Shown here in pieces: positions 21,283 to 33,817 of a stretch of 64,000 bases of DNA (position 1 is its first letter; every line of letters starts with the position of its first letter). The stretch is from sequence record OK018184; one strand, given 5' to 3'. Source of the stretch: Shigella phage CT01. A model generated the notes under the pieces. The model ran no database searches, was not told the DNA's origin, and saw only the letters and a list, made by a program, of their open reading frames with translations. Made by a program: the position numbers and the translations under genes.

Positions 21283-22214
21283 TAGAATGCTCCTTGAAAA
21301 ATATTATCACCACTAGTAGGTCTATTATACAAATACTCTATGCCACCAGGTTTAATATAGTTCCATGTCTGAAACGGATGTGTCTGATATGGATGATATA
21401 GATGATTATTAGGTCTATTATACAAATACTCTATGCCACCAGGTTTAATATAGTTCCATGTCTGAAACGGATGTGTCTGATATGGATGATATAGATGATT
21501 ATAAGGATTTAATCCAGGCGTTCTCCAGGTAGTGTTCCAAGGAAAAGAATCGTTTTTAACCATCTTCTCAATTAAATCTTTTATAGCTTTTTCACTATCA
21601 AAACTTTCTTTATTTTCCTTCGGCGAAAAAAGCTTATTTTCTACATCATTCCATGTATAAACTCGCTGCGCAGTTTTTGGAATATTGTCACGCTCTCCTC
21701 GAGCCATCCAATAAACAGGAACATTTAATATTTCACTCGCATGATCGCAGTGATGAGCGAGATCGTCAATATAACAAATTACGTTATATTTCTCTTTTGC
21801 CTTTTTGAACAGCTCTTCTTTTGAAGAATCATGACCACACATCATTACTTCCGAGAAAGCACCAGGAAAAAGAGCATTCAAATTAAATTGACGATTCAAC
21901 AGAGCGTCAATAGAATCACCCAATGCTGTAACAGCTACAAAATTATAATCTTCTTTTAATTTGTTAATTACACACAGGGCATCTTTATACGGAGACAAGT
22001 AACGAATAAAATCTGAACGATTGTATTTTTCAATTAACTTGACGCCAAGTTCTTCGTCACAATTAAAGAGTTTACCCGGAGAAATAAATTTCTCATCTTG
22101 GATCATTTTTAAAATATGTTCTAATGGAAGATTATATTTCTGAGCAAAATAAGGAAGGCCTGATTGCCAGCTTAAACATACTCCATCAATATCAGTTAAA
22201 ATAGTTGGCTTCAT
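21282..22214 (-). CDS. HAD-like hydrolase-family protein (30.2 position) with in-frame 31-aa C-terminal duplication
   Basis: N-terminal DIDGV (DxDG) HAD motif; C-terminus repeats NHLYHPYQTHPFQTWNYIKPGGIEYLYNRP twice. Confidence 0.6.
   Translation of the reverse strand: MKPTILTDIDGVCLSWQSGLPYFAQKYNLPLEHILKMIQDEKFISPGKLFNCDEELGVKLIEKYNRSDFIRYLSPYKDALCVINKLKEDYNFVAVTALGDSIDALLNRQFNLNALFPGAFSEVMMCGHDSSKEELFKKAKEKYNVICYIDDLAHHCDHASEILNVPVYWMARGERDNIPKTAQRVYTWNDVENKLFSPKENKESFDSEKAIKDLIEKMVKNDSFPWNTTWRTPGLNPYNHLYHPYQTHPFQTWNYIKPGGIEYLYNRPNNHLYHPYQTHPFQTWNYIKPGGIEYLYNRPTSGDNIFQGAF
21317..21502. repeat. perfect 93-bp tandem duplication (2 copies) inside the 30.2 ORF
   Basis: 21317-21409 is identical to 21410-21502. 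Confidence 0.9.
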
Positions 22215-22675
22215 AGAGAGTCTCTTAATAGGTTTAACACATCAATAAATTCAGCTTCGGTTAGTATTGTATCATCTTTTGTTAGACCACTAGCCATGCT
22301 GTGCTTCAAAACTTTTCCTTTCGAGGCTTGTAATGCATCACGAAAGCCCCTGTTTTGGATTGCTGCTTCAAAATATGCATTTGTGTATAATTCTTTCCAT
22401 GCTGGAGAGTATCTTGAAAATGGAACTCCAAGCCAAAAGAGGGTCCCACGGTCCTGAGCTCTAGCATAAGACCTTCCAGCTTGTTGGGCGGCAAGCCCGG
22501 ACATCCCAAATATACGTCTTTGCTGTTCAACATTTTTCACCTTACATCCTTGGAGGAATCCTTCGAGACCTCCAAATTGGATACCATCCATAACGAAAGG
22601 CCATTGAGCGAAATTGCTTAATGCACATGATGGCCATCTAAAATTGCTTCTTATCTCTAGCTCAGACATTTTCAA
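22211..22675 (-). CDS. hypothetical protein at the 30.3 position
   Basis: 154-aa ORF. Confidence 0.55.
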   Translation of the reverse strand: MKMSELEIRSNFRWPSCALSNFAQWPFVMDGIQFGGLEGFLQGCKVKNVEQQRRIFGMSGLAAQQAGRSYARAQDRGTLFWLGVPFSRYSPAWKELYTNAYFEAAIQNRGFRDALQASKGKVLKHSMASGLTKDDTILTEAEFIDVLNLLRDSL

Positions 22676-22868
22676 TACTTATAATTTCAACATCAGCCCA
22701 ATGACCATAGCAAGGAAGACGAAATTCAACTGGCCAGTTAGGGTCCTTTTCTAATATAATAGACTTAACTTGTGGTTCTTCATGTTCATCGGTATACGGA
22801 CCTTTATATGTTACTTTATATGTGACCTTAATGTACTGAATTCCAAAAATCTTATTAATTATATTCAT
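22662..22868 (-). CDS. hypothetical small protein
   Basis: 68-aa ORF in the tightly packed minus-strand array. Confidence 0.45.
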   Translation of the reverse strand: MNIINKIFGIQYIKVTYKVTYKGPYTDEHEEPQVKSIILEKDPNWPVEFRLPCYGHWADVEIISIENV

Positions 22869-23062
22869 ACTAATTCCTTTAATCCATAGATAGGAGATAA
22901 TTCATCGCCCATACGAAGGTCTTCATTTCCATCTACCCAAGAAACAATATAAGCTTCTTTTATTTGAACGTCTCTCCATTTAAATGCAGGCAAAACCTTA
23001 GAAATTAATCCAGGTATACCGACTCCCTTTAATTCAACAGTTTGACCCAAAAAGAATTTCAT
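22865..23062 (-). CDS. hypothetical small protein
   Basis: 65-aa ORF, ATGA-coupled. Confidence 0.45.
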   Translation of the reverse strand: MKFFLGQTVELKGVGIPGLISKVLPAFKWRDVQIKEAYIVSWVDGNEDLRMGDELSPIYGLKELV

Positions 23063-23400
23063 TAGAACCTCATCTGAAATCCGTGCGATTTAACATTACC
23101 ACCACCAATGTCAGAAATATTAATTTCACGCGCAATTGAAGGGTCAATGTCAATTTCACGATTAAGTTTAGTGATAGCTAAAGTATCACGCCCATTTACA
23201 GTACGGAACTCTAAAGGGCAGACTACATTAACATAGTTTTTAATCGATTCACTAGTAGGCTGCAAATGAGCAGGAAGGTCTTTAGGCGCCTTAGAGAAAA
23301 CCACTTCACAGAAATTTTTGCGGGTATCAAAATAAGTAGTCATAAACATAACATTTTCCTCAGTAAGGGGCCAAAGCCCCTCATTTATTTTAAATATCAA
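23062..23400 (-). CDS. hypothetical protein
   Basis: 112-aa ORF. Confidence 0.5.
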   Translation of the reverse strand: MIFKINEGLWPLTEENVMFMTTYFDTRKNFCEVVFSKAPKDLPAHLQPTSESIKNYVNVVCPLEFRTVNGRDTLAITKLNREIDIDPSIAREINISDIGGGNVKSHGFQMRF

Positions 23401-23755
23401 ATTCGTTAAGAACTACATCAAAGATTGCTTCAAGATGCTCAGGTTTAGCTCTGTTACTCAGAATATGACGAATCCAAGTTTTAACCAAAAGCTTGCGATT
23501 AACGCCATTCCAGCAAGGATGAGTCCCTAAATCGCGTTCACGGAAATCATCATCCAGAGCGATTTTAAAGTTGGAACCTTCCATCGTGATTGAAACCGTG
23601 ATACCGTTTTCAAATCGCATATAAACGTAGTTAGGAGTCATATACTGTTCAATTTCGCATACTGATCCATTTTGATGTTTCCAAAGGCAGATAGTATCAA
23701 TAGAACCTGCAATACCGTTAGAAACATATTTACGTTCAAAGTTGATGTAGTTCAT
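23390..23755 (-). CDS. hypothetical protein
   Basis: 121-aa ORF. Confidence 0.5.
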   Translation of the reverse strand: MNYINFERKYVSNGIAGSIDTICLWKHQNGSVCEIEQYMTPNYVYMRFENGITVSITMEGSNFKIALDDDFRERDLGTHPCWNGVNRKLLVKTWIRHILSNRAKPEHLEAIFDVVLNEFDI

Positions 23756-23823
23756 TTTTATTCTCCGAGATGTTTAATTGCGGTACAGGTATATAATATC
23801 ATATCCTGTACCAAAGTAAACAA

Positions 23824-24156
23824 TTATTTTACTACTTTCCAGTGCTGCATGTCAAGTTTGCCAACTTTTTTCATCTTCTCAATTAAGCGTTCGGCACGTT
23901 GGCGAGCTGTAACATAATACCATTCACCTAATTCATTTTGTTCAATTTTTCCAACGATTACTGTATTCAATTCATAAATCCAACCAGTAAAGAAATTATG
24001 AACTTGAATTGTAAAGGTGAAATCTGTTCCCATACCTTCTGTTGTTTCTACTTCAATAATATCACCTTCAACTGCCATTAAGAACCACATAGTTTCATCA
24101 TATTTACCGTTGAAGCATTTAGTTTTAACTGTAGCGTTCAGATTAATCGTTTTCAT
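23824..24156 (-). CDS. hypothetical protein
   Basis: 110-aa ORF with an early-promoter block upstream. Confidence 0.5.
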   Translation of the reverse strand: MKTINLNATVKTKCFNGKYDETMWFLMAVEGDIIEVETTEGMGTDFTFTIQVHNFFTGWIYELNTVIVGKIEQNELGEWYYVTARQRAERLIEKMKKVGKLDMQHWKVVK

Positions 24157-24183
24157 TTTATTCTCCTTTGTTTGTATGAGATA

Positions 24184-24212
24184 ATACTATCACAAAGGAA
24201 CTATACTGTAAA
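24184..24212 (-). promoter_or_regulatory. sigma70-type early promoter (-35 GTTTAC, 17-bp spacer, -10 TAGTAT) on the minus strand
   Basis: Same -35/-10 architecture as the conserved block at 58127, 61774, 41372 and 61262. Confidence 0.4.
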
Positions 24213-24229
24213 CAACTTTGTGTAATCTT

Positions 24230-24262
24230 TGGAAAATAAAAAAGGACTCCCGAAGGAGTCCT
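24230..24262 (-). terminator. hairpin ggactcc-cgaa-ggagtcc with T-run downstream of the 72-aa gene
   Basis: Perfect 7-bp stem preceded by an A-run on the plus strand. Confidence 0.55.
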
Positions 24263-24266
24263 CAAC

Positions 24267-24485
24267 TTATGCTTTCTGCTTACCAAAACGAGAAGCATCA
24301 TCTCGAAGAACCGCACGTGCTCGGCGCATGATCTTCTCAACAGTTTGATTGATACGAGAGTTCGACCCACGCTTGTAACCAGCGCGTTTAGAATCACCAA
24401 CTTTCTTTTCAACTGCTTTCTTTGCTTTAGCTTGTTTTGCCATTATAAATTCTCTTTTAAATGAAAATGCAGGACTTATTGGCAT
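24267..24485 (-). CDS. small basic protein at the 30.9 position
   Basis: 72 aa, lysine/arginine rich. Confidence 0.5.
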   Translation of the reverse strand: MPISPAFSFKREFIMAKQAKAKKAVEKKVGDSKRAGYKRGSNSRINQTVEKIMRRARAVLRDDASRFGKQKA

Positions 24486-24660
24486 TGCCTGCGCAAGCCC
24501 TCAAGGGGAACATAGGTTTTTGAATATTTAACGACCAGGATAACCATAAACCCGTCATCATACCTTATAGCTCTTATCTGTTGTACACCGTTAGCTTAAA
24601 GGTTCCGGGTTCGATTTCTCGAGGATAAGATATATACTAAGGCAGTGAATCTCCAATAAA

Positions 24661-24909
24661 TTACTTCAGTGTTACCACAAAGTGACGAACTGCTTTTCGT
24701 GCAGCAGAAGCCAGAGGCTTAGCATACTTAAGTTCATCTTTTTCCTGGAGCTCAGCAGCTAATGCAGTTTGAGCAGGATTCAGATGTTTGAAATAACGCA
24801 GGATTTCAAGAGCTTCGGCTTCAACATCAATAGATGCGCCATAGTTTTCGTGACCATTATTCCATGCGTTTCGTTGCAGTTCAAGAGCGTGTTGTAATTG
24901 TTTAATCAT
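24661..24909 (-). CDS. rIII: rIII lysis-inhibition accessory protein
   Basis: 82 aa, MIKQLQHALELQRNAWNNGHENYG...; T4 rIII length and position next to gene 31. Confidence 0.8.
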   Translation of the reverse strand: MIKQLQHALELQRNAWNNGHENYGASIDVEAEALEILRYFKHLNPAQTALAAELQEKDELKYAKPLASAARKAVRHFVVTLK

Positions 24910-25056
24910 TTAAAAATTCTCGTTAGAGATTAAAACTCGGTAGTCACGTTCTTCTGAATTTCATCTTCTTTCGACAGATCTCTCAGTTGTAGACTACCAC
25001 GTAGAATTGTTCGGTTAACTTATTATTCCGACACCCAATTCATATTATTATTTATA

Positions 25057-25392
25057 TCACTTATAAAGACACGGAATAGCTTTATAGTGACAAGTAACGA
25101 ATTTTTGTTTAATTTCTTTTGGCTGCTTAAGACCCAGAGCTACAAAAGGATGCGGAACGTTTCGAATTTGACCAACTGGAAGAGAAGTCAAATCACCAAC
25201 TTCACAGAAACCTTCAGGAACATCAGGACCAACAGAGTGAACTACACACAGTTCAGGAACTTCACCTTGAACACGTTTACCGATAATGAGTCCTGATTCT
25301 GTAACTTCTTCATCACCGGCTTGCGCAGGTTCAGAAACTAAAATAACATATTCACCGACAGCACGAATTGGTAGCTGTTGTACTTCAGACAT
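25057..25392 (-). CDS. 31: co-chaperonin gp31 (GroES analogue)
   Basis: 111 aa, T4 gp31 length and position. Confidence 0.85.
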
Positions 25393-25448
25393 CGTTTTTC
25401 CTTTTTGTTAACAGATGAATTAATAATAACAAATAATTCTTAAAGCAT

Positions 25449-25757
25449 TTATTTACCAATAAATTGAAGCAAATGCTCAACTTTCATACCATTAACGGAA
25501 ATCAATTTGTCAATAGAAAAACCTCGCCATGCACCAAGCTCAACATCAAATACTGGAATCATATCAGTAGATTCTTTCCGAGTAGATTCAGTCAATTTAC
25601 CGGTTTGCATGGTTGGCATAAAGTCTGCATCACGAGTACCTTTCATAGTACGAATAGTACCATCAGACTTTTCAAAAACCACGTTTGAAATACCCATGGA
25701 CAATTTAGTTTTCAAAATTTCACGAATTGCTACTTTTTGTTCAGTCGTCAGTTTCAT
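25449..25757 (-). CDS. hypothetical protein
   Basis: 102-aa ORF. Confidence 0.5.
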   Translation of the reverse strand: MKLTTEQKVAIREILKTKLSMGISNVVFEKSDGTIRTMKGTRDADFMPTMQTGKLTESTRKESTDMIPVFDVELGAWRGFSIDKLISVNGMKVEHLLQFIGK

Positions 25758-25994
25758 TTATTTACCTATCACAGTTTTAATATGGGTTGTTCCACGTTCT
25801 TTAAGAGTGGAAAGCAATTTTTGACATTTTTCTAAATCAGACTTCCAACTATGCGGTCTATCAATACAAACCCAGTTTGACTTATAATACTGCTTCCATT
25901 TAGAGAAAAAATACTTCTTATACTCTACAGCAAATGAAATGTTCTCGTTGGAATAAGAACTAATTGCTGTGAGTTGTACCAAACGAAATTTCAT
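25758..25994 (-). CDS. hypothetical protein
   Basis: 78-aa ORF. Confidence 0.45.
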   Translation of the reverse strand: MKFRLVQLTAISSYSNENISFAVEYKKYFFSKWKQYYKSNWVCIDRPHSWKSDLEKCQKLLSTLKERGTTHIKTVIGK

Positions 25995-26575
25995 TATTCA
26001 CCACAGAATTCGTTGATATTTTCCCAGTTTAACTTATTTAAGTTTTTCTTAGGAACATTAAACACTTCAATACCCGCATTTCGCAGAATATCATCCCAGC
26101 CAGGTTTATTTTTATCGTATGTTTCGCAATAAACCAGCTTTTTAATTCCAGATTGAGCTATCGCTTTTGCACAATCTGGACAAGGAGAAAGTGTTACATA
26201 CATAGTAGCACCTTCAATTGAAGAACCATTTCGTGCAGCAAACAAAATCGCATTTAGTTCAGCATGAATTTCATTTTTAGACGACCATTCAGAGTGAGCG
26301 GCGCGGTGTTCTTTCGCCAAGACAAAACGATCAGTTGAACCAAATGATACACATTCAGGCTTATGACCTTGAATGATAGTATGTTTAGGCTTATTCAACA
26401 ACCAGCCTTGTTCAGCAGCATAATCGCAGCAATTCACACCACCAGCAGGTGAACCATTATATCCGGTAGAAATAATGCGTCCGTTCTTTTCAATTACTGC
26501 TCCTACCTTCCAGGAGCAACATTTTGATTCTTGTGATACTAAATATGCAATTTGAAGTACTGTACTCGCTTTCAT
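25994..26575 (-). CDS. cd: dCMP deaminase
   Basis: 193 aa; zinc-binding HAELNA and PCPDC motifs. Confidence 0.9.
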   Translation of the reverse strand: MKASTVLQIAYLVSQESKCCSWKVGAVIEKNGRIISTGYNGSPAGGVNCCDYAAEQGWLLNKPKHTIIQGHKPECVSFGSTDRFVLAKEHRAAHSEWSSKNEIHAELNAILFAARNGSSIEGATMYVTLSPCPDCAKAIAQSGIKKLVYCETYDKNKPGWDDILRNAGIEVFNVPKKNLNKLNWENINEFCGE

Positions 26576-26910
26576 TTCATAATCACCAGATAAGCAGATT
26601 TAGCAGTTTCAACACGATAAATTTCGTGACGAAGTTTAGTTATACTTTTAATAACAGAACTAATTATATTCTGCCCATCTTTAAAGCGGTTTTTCTTATC
26701 AATAAAAATTGCGCCAACCATCTTTTTGTGAAGCTCAACTGGATACTTCGTCACAATAATAGCATCATACACAGAAGGATGAATACTATTCACTAGAGTG
26801 TCATTCATTAAAGTTATTCTAATGAACTGTGCTGTTTCAGAATCAAGCGCTCTATGATCGCCAGTATCATTTTCAAGACAATTATCAATTATATCAGTTA
26901 AATTCATCAT
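26572..26910 (-). CDS. hypothetical protein
   Basis: 112-aa ORF. Confidence 0.5.
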   Translation of the reverse strand: MMNLTDIIDNCLENDTGDHRALDSETAQFIRITLMNDTLVNSIHPSVYDAIIVTKYPVELHKKMVGAIFIDKKNRFKDGQNIISSVIKSITKLRHEIYRVETAKSAYLVIMK

Positions 26911-27143
26911 AGTACGCCATACACCCTTTGTGCTTCAACTAATCCATCAAAATCCAGTTTAAGATGTGTTATTTGGTCACCATCACCTGGATTCACAATT
27001 ACTAATACTGAACGAGGAGTTTCGGTAATAACACGAACCGACGTTTCAGGAAATCGTTCAGAAACCTTATTTACCAATTCTTGAGCAAATAGTTTAACTT
27101 TTTCTTGGAATTCTTTAACAGTAATTGGTTTTTCGCTTAGCAT
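26907..27143 (-). CDS. hypothetical protein
   Basis: 78-aa ORF. Confidence 0.45.
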   Translation of the reverse strand: MLSEKPITVKEFQEKVKLFAQELVNKVSERFPETSVRVITETPRSVLVIVNPGDGDQITHLKLDFDGLVEAQRVYGVL

Positions 27144-27664
27144 GTTGATCCTAGCTCCTTACTTTCAACGTTTTTAACTAATTTGACAGAAACTAATTCA
27201 GCATCTTGGGTAATCATTACCGGGCCTTCTTCATACTCTTCAAGATATTCTAGAGCTTTCTTTTTAGCTTCTTCCTTCGTATCAGTTTGAGCATAGATAT
27301 AAAACATACAACCAGTAATACCTACTACTTTCCACTTAATTTCTTTATCAGTTTTAATTTCAAATTTACTGATAGAGTCATCTTTTTGAACTTCTTCGAA
27401 AAAATAATATTCTGACATATAAGTAATTGAAAATAGCGGGCTATCTTTATAAGATTCGCCCATTACATCAACAGCTTTATACCAGCAATCGTCAATTTCG
27501 CGTTTAATGCTAATAACATTTTTCGCAGGATCTATTTTTACTTTAAATGAATTTTCCCCAATAAACTGAGCAATTCGTTTATTAGCCCCGCAAGTTTCAT
27601 TAAAAATATCTTTATATCCAGCTTTAAAGCGATAAACCTTATCTTCTTCAAACCATTCGCTCAT
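27137..27664 (-). CDS. hypothetical protein
   Basis: 175-aa ORF. Confidence 0.5.
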   Translation of the reverse strand: MSEWFEEDKVYRFKAGYKDIFNETCGANKRIAQFIGENSFKVKIDPAKNVISIKREIDDCWYKAVDVMGESYKDSPLFSITYMSEYYFFEEVQKDDSISKFEIKTDKEIKWKVVGITGCMFYIYAQTDTKEEAKKKALEYLEEYEEGPVMITQDAELVSVKLVKNVESKELGSTC

Positions 27665-27726
27665 TTCAATTTCCTCATTTGTTTTGGTAGAGCTATAATA
27701 TCACAACTCTACCTTAAAGTAAACTA

Positions 27727-28002
27727 TTAAATTGCTTTGAATTCTGATGTCTGCGATTCAAAGCGAATATCGCCTTTGATGACTAGCTCAGCATCAAGAC
27801 CGAACACGACAATGATATGCGCGGAGCCTGGATACAGCGTAATGGCGATAGAATCAACCTGGTCTGGAAGCAAAGTGTTCAATACATGAGTCACTTGAGC
27901 ATGAATTCGAAGCTCAGCTGCGTTATCAAGCTTTTCAAACATATTATTAGCGATAATTTGGCTAAACACTACTTCTACGATTTTAGAATAAGTCGGAAAC
28001 AT
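27727..28002 (-). CDS. hypothetical protein
   Basis: 91-aa ORF. Confidence 0.45.
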   Translation of the reverse strand: MFPTYSKIVEVVFSQIIANNMFEKLDNAAELRIHAQVTHVLNTLLPDQVDSIAITLYPGSAHIIVVFGLDAELVIKGDIRFESQTSEFKAI

Positions 28003-28004
28003 AT

Positions 28005-28205
28005 TTACCTCACATAATTTTCTTCAAGCCAATCAATAACATCCAACGCATTATCAAAAGTTGAACCATCTACTTTGTCTTCTGTTTCATAATCAAGAAC
28101 ATCTAAACCTACTCTTCCATCAACAATAGGCCATAAACAAAATAGATATTTCTTTTCTTTTTCAATCTTATCGCAAAGACGATAAATCTTTTCTATGTTA
28201 TTCAT
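28005..28205 (-). CDS. hypothetical protein
   Basis: 66-aa ORF. Confidence 0.45.
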   Translation of the reverse strand: MNNIEKIYRLCDKIEKEKKYLFCLWPIVDGRVGLDVLDYETEDKVDGSTFDNALDVIDWLEENYVR

Positions 28206-28394
28206 AAGTTTTCCATGGTAAAGGCAGTTTAGTTTTCTTTACTGTTAGTTCAACATCAGGATTCTTTTCTCTTAATTTAAGACATTCCTCCCAAGCCCTA
28301 ATTTCACTAGTGAATACACAAAATTGCCCATTACTAGTACCAACTAAACCGCTATTTACAATAACAATAGCCCAAGTTTCATGATGCAAAGCCA

Positions 28395-28395
<1 letters not shown>
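28198..28395 (-). CDS. hypothetical protein
   Basis: 65-aa ORF. Confidence 0.45.
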
Positions 28396-29616
<1,221 letters not shown>

Positions 29617-29620
<4 letters not shown>

Positions 29621-29847
29621 TTATTTTTCTCAACCAATGATTGAATATAATCATGCAGATCTTTAGATGCTTTACCCCATTTATTTTGGTATTCATTTTT
29701 AAGATTAGCCCGAGATTGAGCTAATAAAACATCATTAGTTGGAGGTAAAGATTCTAATCGTTGAATCTGACGTCCATAAATCATTGCAGCCATCTCTGAT
29801 TCATAAATCAATCCTTTGAGATGTTCAAATTGATGCCATGAAATCAT
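29617..29847 (-). CDS. hypothetical protein
   Basis: 76-aa ORF. Confidence 0.45.
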
Positions 29848-30143
29848 TTACATTTATCCTCTTTTAGCTCTTGACGATAATAACATATCATAGTTTTTTG
29901 GTCATGTACATATCGTTTTACATCATTAAGCCAAATACGAAATTCCTGGGAATCTTCAAATAGCATACCGACCCAAGCTTTACCATCAATAACTTTAACT
30001 TGCCAAGATAGTTTAGCTTCATCATATGACTTTATTTGCACAGGCCAATTAGGATGAACTGTTTCTTTCTTTACTTCTAGAGGCTTTGTCGAACAACCAA
30101 CTAGAAGACCAATAGATAATATTACTGCTGATAGTTTAATCAT
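29844..30143 (-). CDS. predicted lipoprotein
   Basis: Signal peptide with lipobox LLVGC (MIKLSAVILSIGLLVGCSTK). Confidence 0.5.
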   Translation of the reverse strand: MIKLSAVILSIGLLVGCSTKPLEVKKETVHPNWPVQIKSYDEAKLSWQVKVIDGKAWVGMLFEDSQEFRIWLNDVKRYVHDQKTMICYYRQELKEDKCK

Positions 30144-30493
30144 TTAGAAAGGTCCTGGATGTCTTCTGCGAACTTGTTGAAGGAGTTGTTGATTTGTTTT
30201 TCAACCAATCCTGGCTTATGAGCCACCACATCCGCCTTCTTTGCATCTTTGCGCAGTTTTTCATTTTCACGCTCAATAGCAGCAATTGCCTCACGATTTT
30301 TATTATTCATCGCATCAATATAATTATACTGAATTCGCAAATTATCTAATGCTAAAGCGTTTTCATTGGCCGTTTTTGTAATTTCAGTAACCGATGTTTC
30401 TAATCTTTCTACCTTATTTTTTAAAATAATAGATGTTCCGCCAAATGCTATTACAAGTAATAGCAATCCAGCTGTAAAATTACTTACATGCAT
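30140..30493 (-). CDS. membrane-anchored coiled-coil protein
   Basis: N-terminal hydrophobic helix then charged helical region; 117 aa. Confidence 0.5.
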   Translation of the reverse strand: MHVSNFTAGLLLLVIAFGGTSIILKNKVERLETSVTEITKTANENALALDNLRIQYNYIDAMNNKNREAIAAIERENEKLRKDAKKADVVAHKPGLVEKQINNSFNKFAEDIQDLSK

Positions 30494-30987
30494 AAAGTTT
30501 TAATAACCTCTACAATATCGTCTTGAGAAAGACCGTTAATTAAAATATGATGTTCAGCTGGAGATTTAGAAATTTTAAAGCATGCCTCAACATCTTCTGC
30601 CATATCCGATGCGCTACGATTTGGATTGCTAATTCCAAGACGATGTTTTCCCGTCAAAGGATTAACGATGATGTAGCATTTACAGCTATTAATGTGAACA
30701 TTAGGTTGAGTCTGATTAATGAATACTTCGCAATCATATTTCGCAAGCTGATTTTCTAAAAAGACTTTCATCTCCTCAACCGCATCAGGAAGCATATCAC
30801 GGGCTTGCTCAAGACGACGATTTCGATATTCTTTAATGGTCGTTTTCCGCTTGACTTGCTTAGCTAAATCTTTCTTAAGATCGGTGATATATCCAACTCG
30901 ACGATTTCCTTTAAATACAGAAATCCCATCTGTAGTATCACCATATGCTTCAACGACCATTTCAGTAGTAATAAGCTGTAAATCCAT
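30484..30987 (-). CDS. alc: Alc (host transcription unfolding/termination protein)
   Basis: 167 aa from the second Met (MDLQLITTEMVVEAYGD...); T4 alc position between pseT and rnlA. Confidence 0.75.
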   Translation of the reverse strand: MDLQLITTEMVVEAYGDTTDGISVFKGNRRVGYITDLKKDLAKQVKRKTTIKEYRNRRLEQARDMLPDAVEEMKVFLENQLAKYDCEVFINQTQPNVHINSCKCYIIVNPLTGKHRLGISNPNRSASDMAEDVEACFKISKSPAEHHILINGLSQDDIVEVIKTLCM

Positions 30988-31050
30988 CATAAAGCCCTCA
31001 TGTTATGTCAGTAAGTCTACTATAACACAACACGAGGGACTTGTAAACAG

Positions 31051-32638
<1,588 letters not shown>

Positions 32639-32644
32639 AATAAA

Positions 32645-32662
32645 ATGGGCCTTGCGGCCCAC
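32645..32662 (-). terminator. hairpin gggcc-ttgc-ggccc between nrdB and denA
   Basis: Inverted repeat immediately after the nrdB stop. Confidence 0.4.
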
Positions 32663-32665
32663 TCC

Positions 32666-33817
32666 TTAAAAGTATTTTTTAAAACTCATCATAACTTTAT
32701 CATCAACATCATTATCAATCTGTGCAACAAGGTAAGATGACAGTTCTACTTCTTGTGGCGCGGATTGAACATTATCAGAATTAAGGTATTCACGAATCCA
32801 AGGATATGGATGTTTAACCGGAGCATCGGTAATTGGGCATGGAAGACCGCACTGTTTCATACGAGATACAGTTAAGTAATCAATAAAGCTCCACATGCTA
32901 TTTGTATTTAATCCAGGAACATCGCCATCTTTAAATAAATGAACTGCCCAATCTTTTTCTTGGCGGTTAACTTCCATGAAAATATTAACTGCTTCTTGTT
33001 CACACTCTTGAGCAATTTTAACCCATTCGCCGCCATCAGTACCGGATTGAAGTTGACGAATAATATATTGGGTGCCTTTAAGGTGAAGCTGCTCATCACG
33101 TGCAATGAACTTCATAATCTTGGCATTACCTTCCATGATTTCCATGTTCTTATGGAAGTTAAAGGTACATGCAAAAGATACATAAAAACGAATAGCTTCT
33201 AAGGCATTAATAACGTGCAAACAGAGGTAAAGAGATTTCATTAGTGCTCGTTTAGCTTCGGCTTCTTGTTTAATAGCTCGATTTAAACGAAAAACAGCAT
33301 CAGGAGATTCTTTAGCTAGTTCTGTAAATTCTTTAGCATTTTCCCATTCACGGGTTTTAGTCAGAACATCATCATAATAGCGACCGATAGATTCAGCACG
33401 TTTCATGATAGCTTCATCTAGTACAATCTCATCAAATACCTTCGATGGATCAGTATAAAGATTTCGCATGATATGGGTATATGAACGGCTATGAATAGTT
33501 TCACTAAAAGTCCATGTAGCAACCCATGTATCAAGACTTGGGTCTGAAATTAATGACATAAGTACTGCAGACGGTGCACGACCCTGAATGCTATCTAGAA
33601 GTGATTGATACTTCAGGTTGTTAGTAAAAATATCTTGCTGATACTGAGGAAGCTTGTTAAATTGTGCAGCATCCATCATTAAGTTTACTTCTTCAGGACG
33701 CCAGAAAAATGACAACTGCTTTTCGGTTAAATCTTCAAAAACTTTATGACGTTGAATATCATAACGCGCAATACCAAGACCTGAACCGAAGAACATAGGT
33801 TCTTTTAAAACATTCAA
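32666..33817 (-). CDS. nrdB: ribonucleotide reductase small subunit NrdB, intron-less
   Basis: 383 aa continuous ORF with the di-iron ligand region; no intron or I-TevIII ORF. Confidence 0.9.
   Translation of the reverse strand: MNVLKEPMFFGSGLGIARYDIQRHKVFEDLTEKQLSFFWRPEEVNLMMDAAQFNKLPQYQQDIFTNNLKYQSLLDSIQGRAPSAVLMSLISDPSLDTWVATWTFSETIHSRSYTHIMRNLYTDPSKVFDEIVLDEAIMKRAESIGRYYDDVLTKTREWENAKEFTELAKESPDAVFRLNRAIKQEAEAKRALMKSLYLCLHVINALEAIRFYVSFACTFNFHKNMEIMEGNAKIMKFIARDEQLHLKGTQYIIRQLQSGTDGGEWVKIAQECEQEAVNIFMEVNRQEKDWAVHLFKDGDVPGLNTNSMWSFIDYLTVSRMKQCGLPCPITDAPVKHPYPWIREYLNSDNVQSAPQEVELSSYLVAQIDNDVDDKVMMSFKKYF

Noticed and set aside
22211-22675. Possible NADAR/YbiA-like (ADP-ribose processing) assignment for the 154-aa 30.3-position protein
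   Set aside because: I cannot support the family assignment from motifs visible by eye; left as hypothetical pending HHpred.
24486-24660. tRNA-like T-arm motif (ggttccgggttcgattt) between rIII and the 72-aa gene
   Set aside because: The flanking sequence does not form acceptor, D or anticodon stems; more likely promoter or terminator sequence for rIII.
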